NCBI GenBank assembly: GCA_034429595.1 | Contig: DAOUGB010000089.1 | Coordinates: 1,260 to 65,259 of the forward strand | Source of the DNA: Dehalococcoidales bacterium | Lineage (GTDB): Bacteria > Chloroflexota > Dehalococcoidia > Dehalococcoidales > RBG-16-60-22 | DNA length: 64,000 bases | Direction: 5' to 3' | Part shown: positions 62,105-64,000 of the stretch, one piece after another | How the letters are laid out: each line of letters starts with the position of its first letter | Position numbering within the stretch: the stretch's first letter is position 1 | Program-made: the position numbers and the translations under genes | The notes under the pieces: model-generated | The model's database searches: none | The model's input: the letters and a program-made list of their open reading frames with translations, nothing else | Told to the model about the DNA's origin: nothing

Positions 62105-62224
62105 TAAATTCTCCCTCTTATCCCTCCTTACGAAGGAGGGATGATGATTGAATATAACCAAGAGAACAATGGAATTAACCCATCATCCTCTCCCTTTGAA
62201 AAAGGGAGAGTGAGAGAGGGATTT
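62105..62224. repeat. Type-B composite double-hairpin MITE-like element, copy 4 (inverted orientation)
   Basis: The reverse complement aligns end to end with copies 1-3. It abuts the HerA ATG on one side and the stop codon of 62225..62806 on the other. Confidence 0.8.
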
Positions 62225-62806
62225 TTAAGACAGCCTCCCCAGGATGTTCTTCAGTTTAATAAAATCCGCGCTTAGTAAATTCGCCAGCTCTTTACCGGCC
62301 GCCACCAGGAAAGCGCGCGGGTCATCCTGCGCTTTACTTATCTGCCGCAGCGCCGCGGCGATGATTTCTTCCTGGGCAACCGGCAGGGCGGCGTTAAGTA
62401 AAATATTGAGGAAGCCGAAGCTCCGGCTGAATTCTGCGACTTCCTCCGGCGGGCATAAATAGACAAAACTGTGGAGTCTGGCGGGTGTGGGTGGAAGATA
62501 TTGAAAGACTTTATCCCCGTCTTTAAAGCCTACCGCCGCCGCCGTGAACGCGCTGCGCAGCAGCTTGGTGAGCTGGGGCGACGACTGGTAGACGGCCTCT
62601 TCTGTTGCTTCGTCTTTGCCCCGCGCCACCGGCTTGCGCCCGGTGTCCAGTCCGGCGGTCTCCGCGTGGCAGACGATGCCGTAAATATCACCGGCTTTCA
62701 CCAGCGCCCCGAGGGGCGGCAGCTCATAAAGCTCGTAGCTCTGGGCGGTGAACCCGCCGGTCTCCGCCGCGATAATTTCCGCGATTTTATCTTGTTTTTG
62801 AGGCAT
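62225..62806 (-). CDS. Hypothetical 193-aa protein, possible HAS-barrel-like partner of the HerA-like ATPase
   Basis: ORF with plausible coding composition. The N-terminal 60 aa follow the same beta-barrel-like hydrophobic pattern as the ATPase N-terminus. I recognise no family. Confidence 0.55.
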   Translation of the reverse strand: MPQKQDKIAEIIAAETGGFTAQSYELYELPPLGALVKAGDIYGIVCHAETAGLDTGRKPVARGKDEATEEAVYQSSPQLTKLLRSAFTAAAVGFKDGDKVFQYLPPTPARLHSFVYLCPPEEVAEFSRSFGFLNILLNAALPVAQEEIIAAALRQISKAQDDPRAFLVAAGKELANLLSADFIKLKNILGRLS

Positions 62807-62828
62807 AATTAACCTTTTTCTTTTACCA

Positions 62829-62915
62829 TGTCATTGCGAGGAGCGCAGCGACGCGGCAATCTCTATCACTGGCTTCTCCGTACACAGGGATTGCCACGCT
62901 ACGCTCGCAATGACA
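62829..62915. repeat. Type-A palindromic MITE-like repeat, copy 5
   Basis: TGTCATTGCGAGGAGCGCAGCGACGCGGCAATCTC ... GGGATTGCCACGCTACGCTCGCAATGACA. Confidence 0.8.
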
Positions 62916-62999
62916 ATGTGTTTAGTGGTTCCAGTCTACTTCTTCTTGGGTGCCGGGGCTGCTTTCTTGGCGCCACCCTTGGGTTTCTTGACGTTCTTT

Positions 63000-63831
63000 C
63001 TACCTTTGCTGCCCATTAAAGACCTCCTGTATTATAGTATCTATGTCCGCTTCTTGTTTGGTTTCTTGAGGTTGATTTTTTCTAGTAGAAACAGCTCTTT
63101 TTTTCTTGTTATCGGTCACTGATATCTTTAATTTTTCCATCTCCGCTAAAGATGCTTCATTTAATAAGCGACGTACAGAGCCGATTATTTCTTCAGGTGT
63201 GACTGTAACATCAGTGCTTCTTTTTAATTTCCGACGTAATAAGTTGATAGAATCCTCAGATAATATTGTCTTGAGTATATTCTGTGTAGTTAAAACATTA
63301 CTCTTTACCCAAAGCTTTGATAAACCACTCTTTTTTAAATTTCTATATCCCACAAGTTCAAAATATTCAGCCAGTGAAGCAGGTTCCCCGGTCATTAAGT
63401 TCCATGAATTAATCAGTTGTATTTGCGGAGGTTTCCCGAAGGCAATATGATATAATCTCCACTCTTTTCCGTTTGTAAGTAAAACCCATTCACAGCCGCA
63501 ATTAATTGCATAAGACGAGGCTTGCTTAATATGTTTTGAAGAGAGGTCAATGTTTACTCTTTTTATCTCAACTAGCATATTTGGCGCAGAGGATTCATCC
63601 TCACCTATTTGCACAGCAAAGTCGCAATATTCTGTATCTCCAACACCATGAACTGCATGTTCTCTTGAAATGTGTGTTAATACATCATATCCCATAAGAG
63701 ACTCAAAAAATGCGTTCAATCCGCCTGCGGGTTTCTGCTTCATTGCCGTCTGCTTTCGCTACGGTCTCGATCATGTTCCTGGCATTAATAATAGCCTTTC
63801 TGATATCCTTGTCCAATTTTTGTCTAACCAT
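63000..63831 (-). pseudogene. PD-(D/E)xK nuclease, HsdR-N-terminal-domain-like, interrupted by a +1 frameshift in an A6/T6 run (63705-63710)
   Basis: The upstream frame from ATG 63831 (GGAG RBS) reads MVRQKLDKDIRKAIINARNMIETVAKADGNEAETRRRIERIF*. Removing one T restores ...RIERIFESLMGYDVLTHISRE..., which continues into the 247-aa track ORF. Motifs: NEAETR, CDFAV, LVEIKR, QASSYA. Confidence 0.7.
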
Positions 63832-63911
63832 GATTCATTCTCCTTTGCCCCTTTTATATTTTTAGGGTGTCAGGTCGTACAATCATGTTACACCCACCGC
63901 TTCCTCAACTA

Positions 63912-64000
63912 TTACTTCTTCGTCACCTTCATGCCCACCGGGCACATCCTCATGCACGCCCCGATTAATGTGCACCCGAACGATGCTTTACCATCTTTAA
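63912..64000 (-). CDS. 3' end of an unidentified Cys-containing protein (partial, runs off window)
   Basis: The minus frame reads ...KDGKASFGCTLIGACMRMCPVGMKVTKK*. Only 29 codons are visible. Confidence 0.25.
   Translation of the reverse strand, partial: KDGKASFGCTLIGACMRMCPVGMKVTKK

Overview
This 64-kb window comes from a moderately GC-rich bacterium that is probably anaerobic. Gene content and the two intergenic repeat families resemble uncultured Chloroflexota/Dehalococcoidia-type genomes, but I cannot verify that from sequence alone. I support about 70 protein genes, one initiator tRNA-fMet, one atypical CAU tRNA-like gene, no rRNA and no CRISPR array.

Layout:
- 1-11.5 kb: eight tandem URO-D-fold methyltransferase-like paralogs, followed by one pterin-binding methyltransferase.
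- 11.9-20.4 kb: P-type ATPase, MFS transporter, two DegV genes, a ChrB_N-like gene, a divergent PlsY-like gene and a DedA-like gene.
- 20.4-26.3 kb: a visibly AT-richer stretch. It carries an AbrB-like gene, a non-canonical Hsp70 module (zinc-ribbon membrane protein, Cys-rich protein, J-protein, short Hsp70), a C5-methyltransferase fragment, the tRNA-like gene and an integrase 3' remnant.
- 27.9-32.9 kb: two toxin-antitoxin pairs flanking an enoate-reductase-like gene with three tandem cupin paralogs.
- 33-36.3 kb: a heliorhodopsin, DegV and membrane-protein string.
- 37.9-46.3 kb: polyamine (speD/speE) and purine-salvage genes.
- 46.3-53.4 kb: yceD-rpmF-fabD-fabG, a SlyD-like PPIase, and a CarCDE-like acyl-CoA dehydrogenase/EtfB/ferredoxin/ferredoxin-fused EtfA operon.
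- 53.7-58.2 kb: an AT-rich NYN gene and a lipid/isoprenoid string (patatin, HIT, PlsC, IspH, prenyltransferase-repeat protein).
- 58.7-64 kb: MarR, a hydrolase-like gene, a HerA-like ATPase with a small HAS-barrel-like partner, and a frameshifted AT-rich PD-(D/E)xK nuclease gene.

Two MITE-like repeat families sit precisely in intergenic gaps. All coordinates, alignments and compositional statements were worked out by eye. No database search was run.
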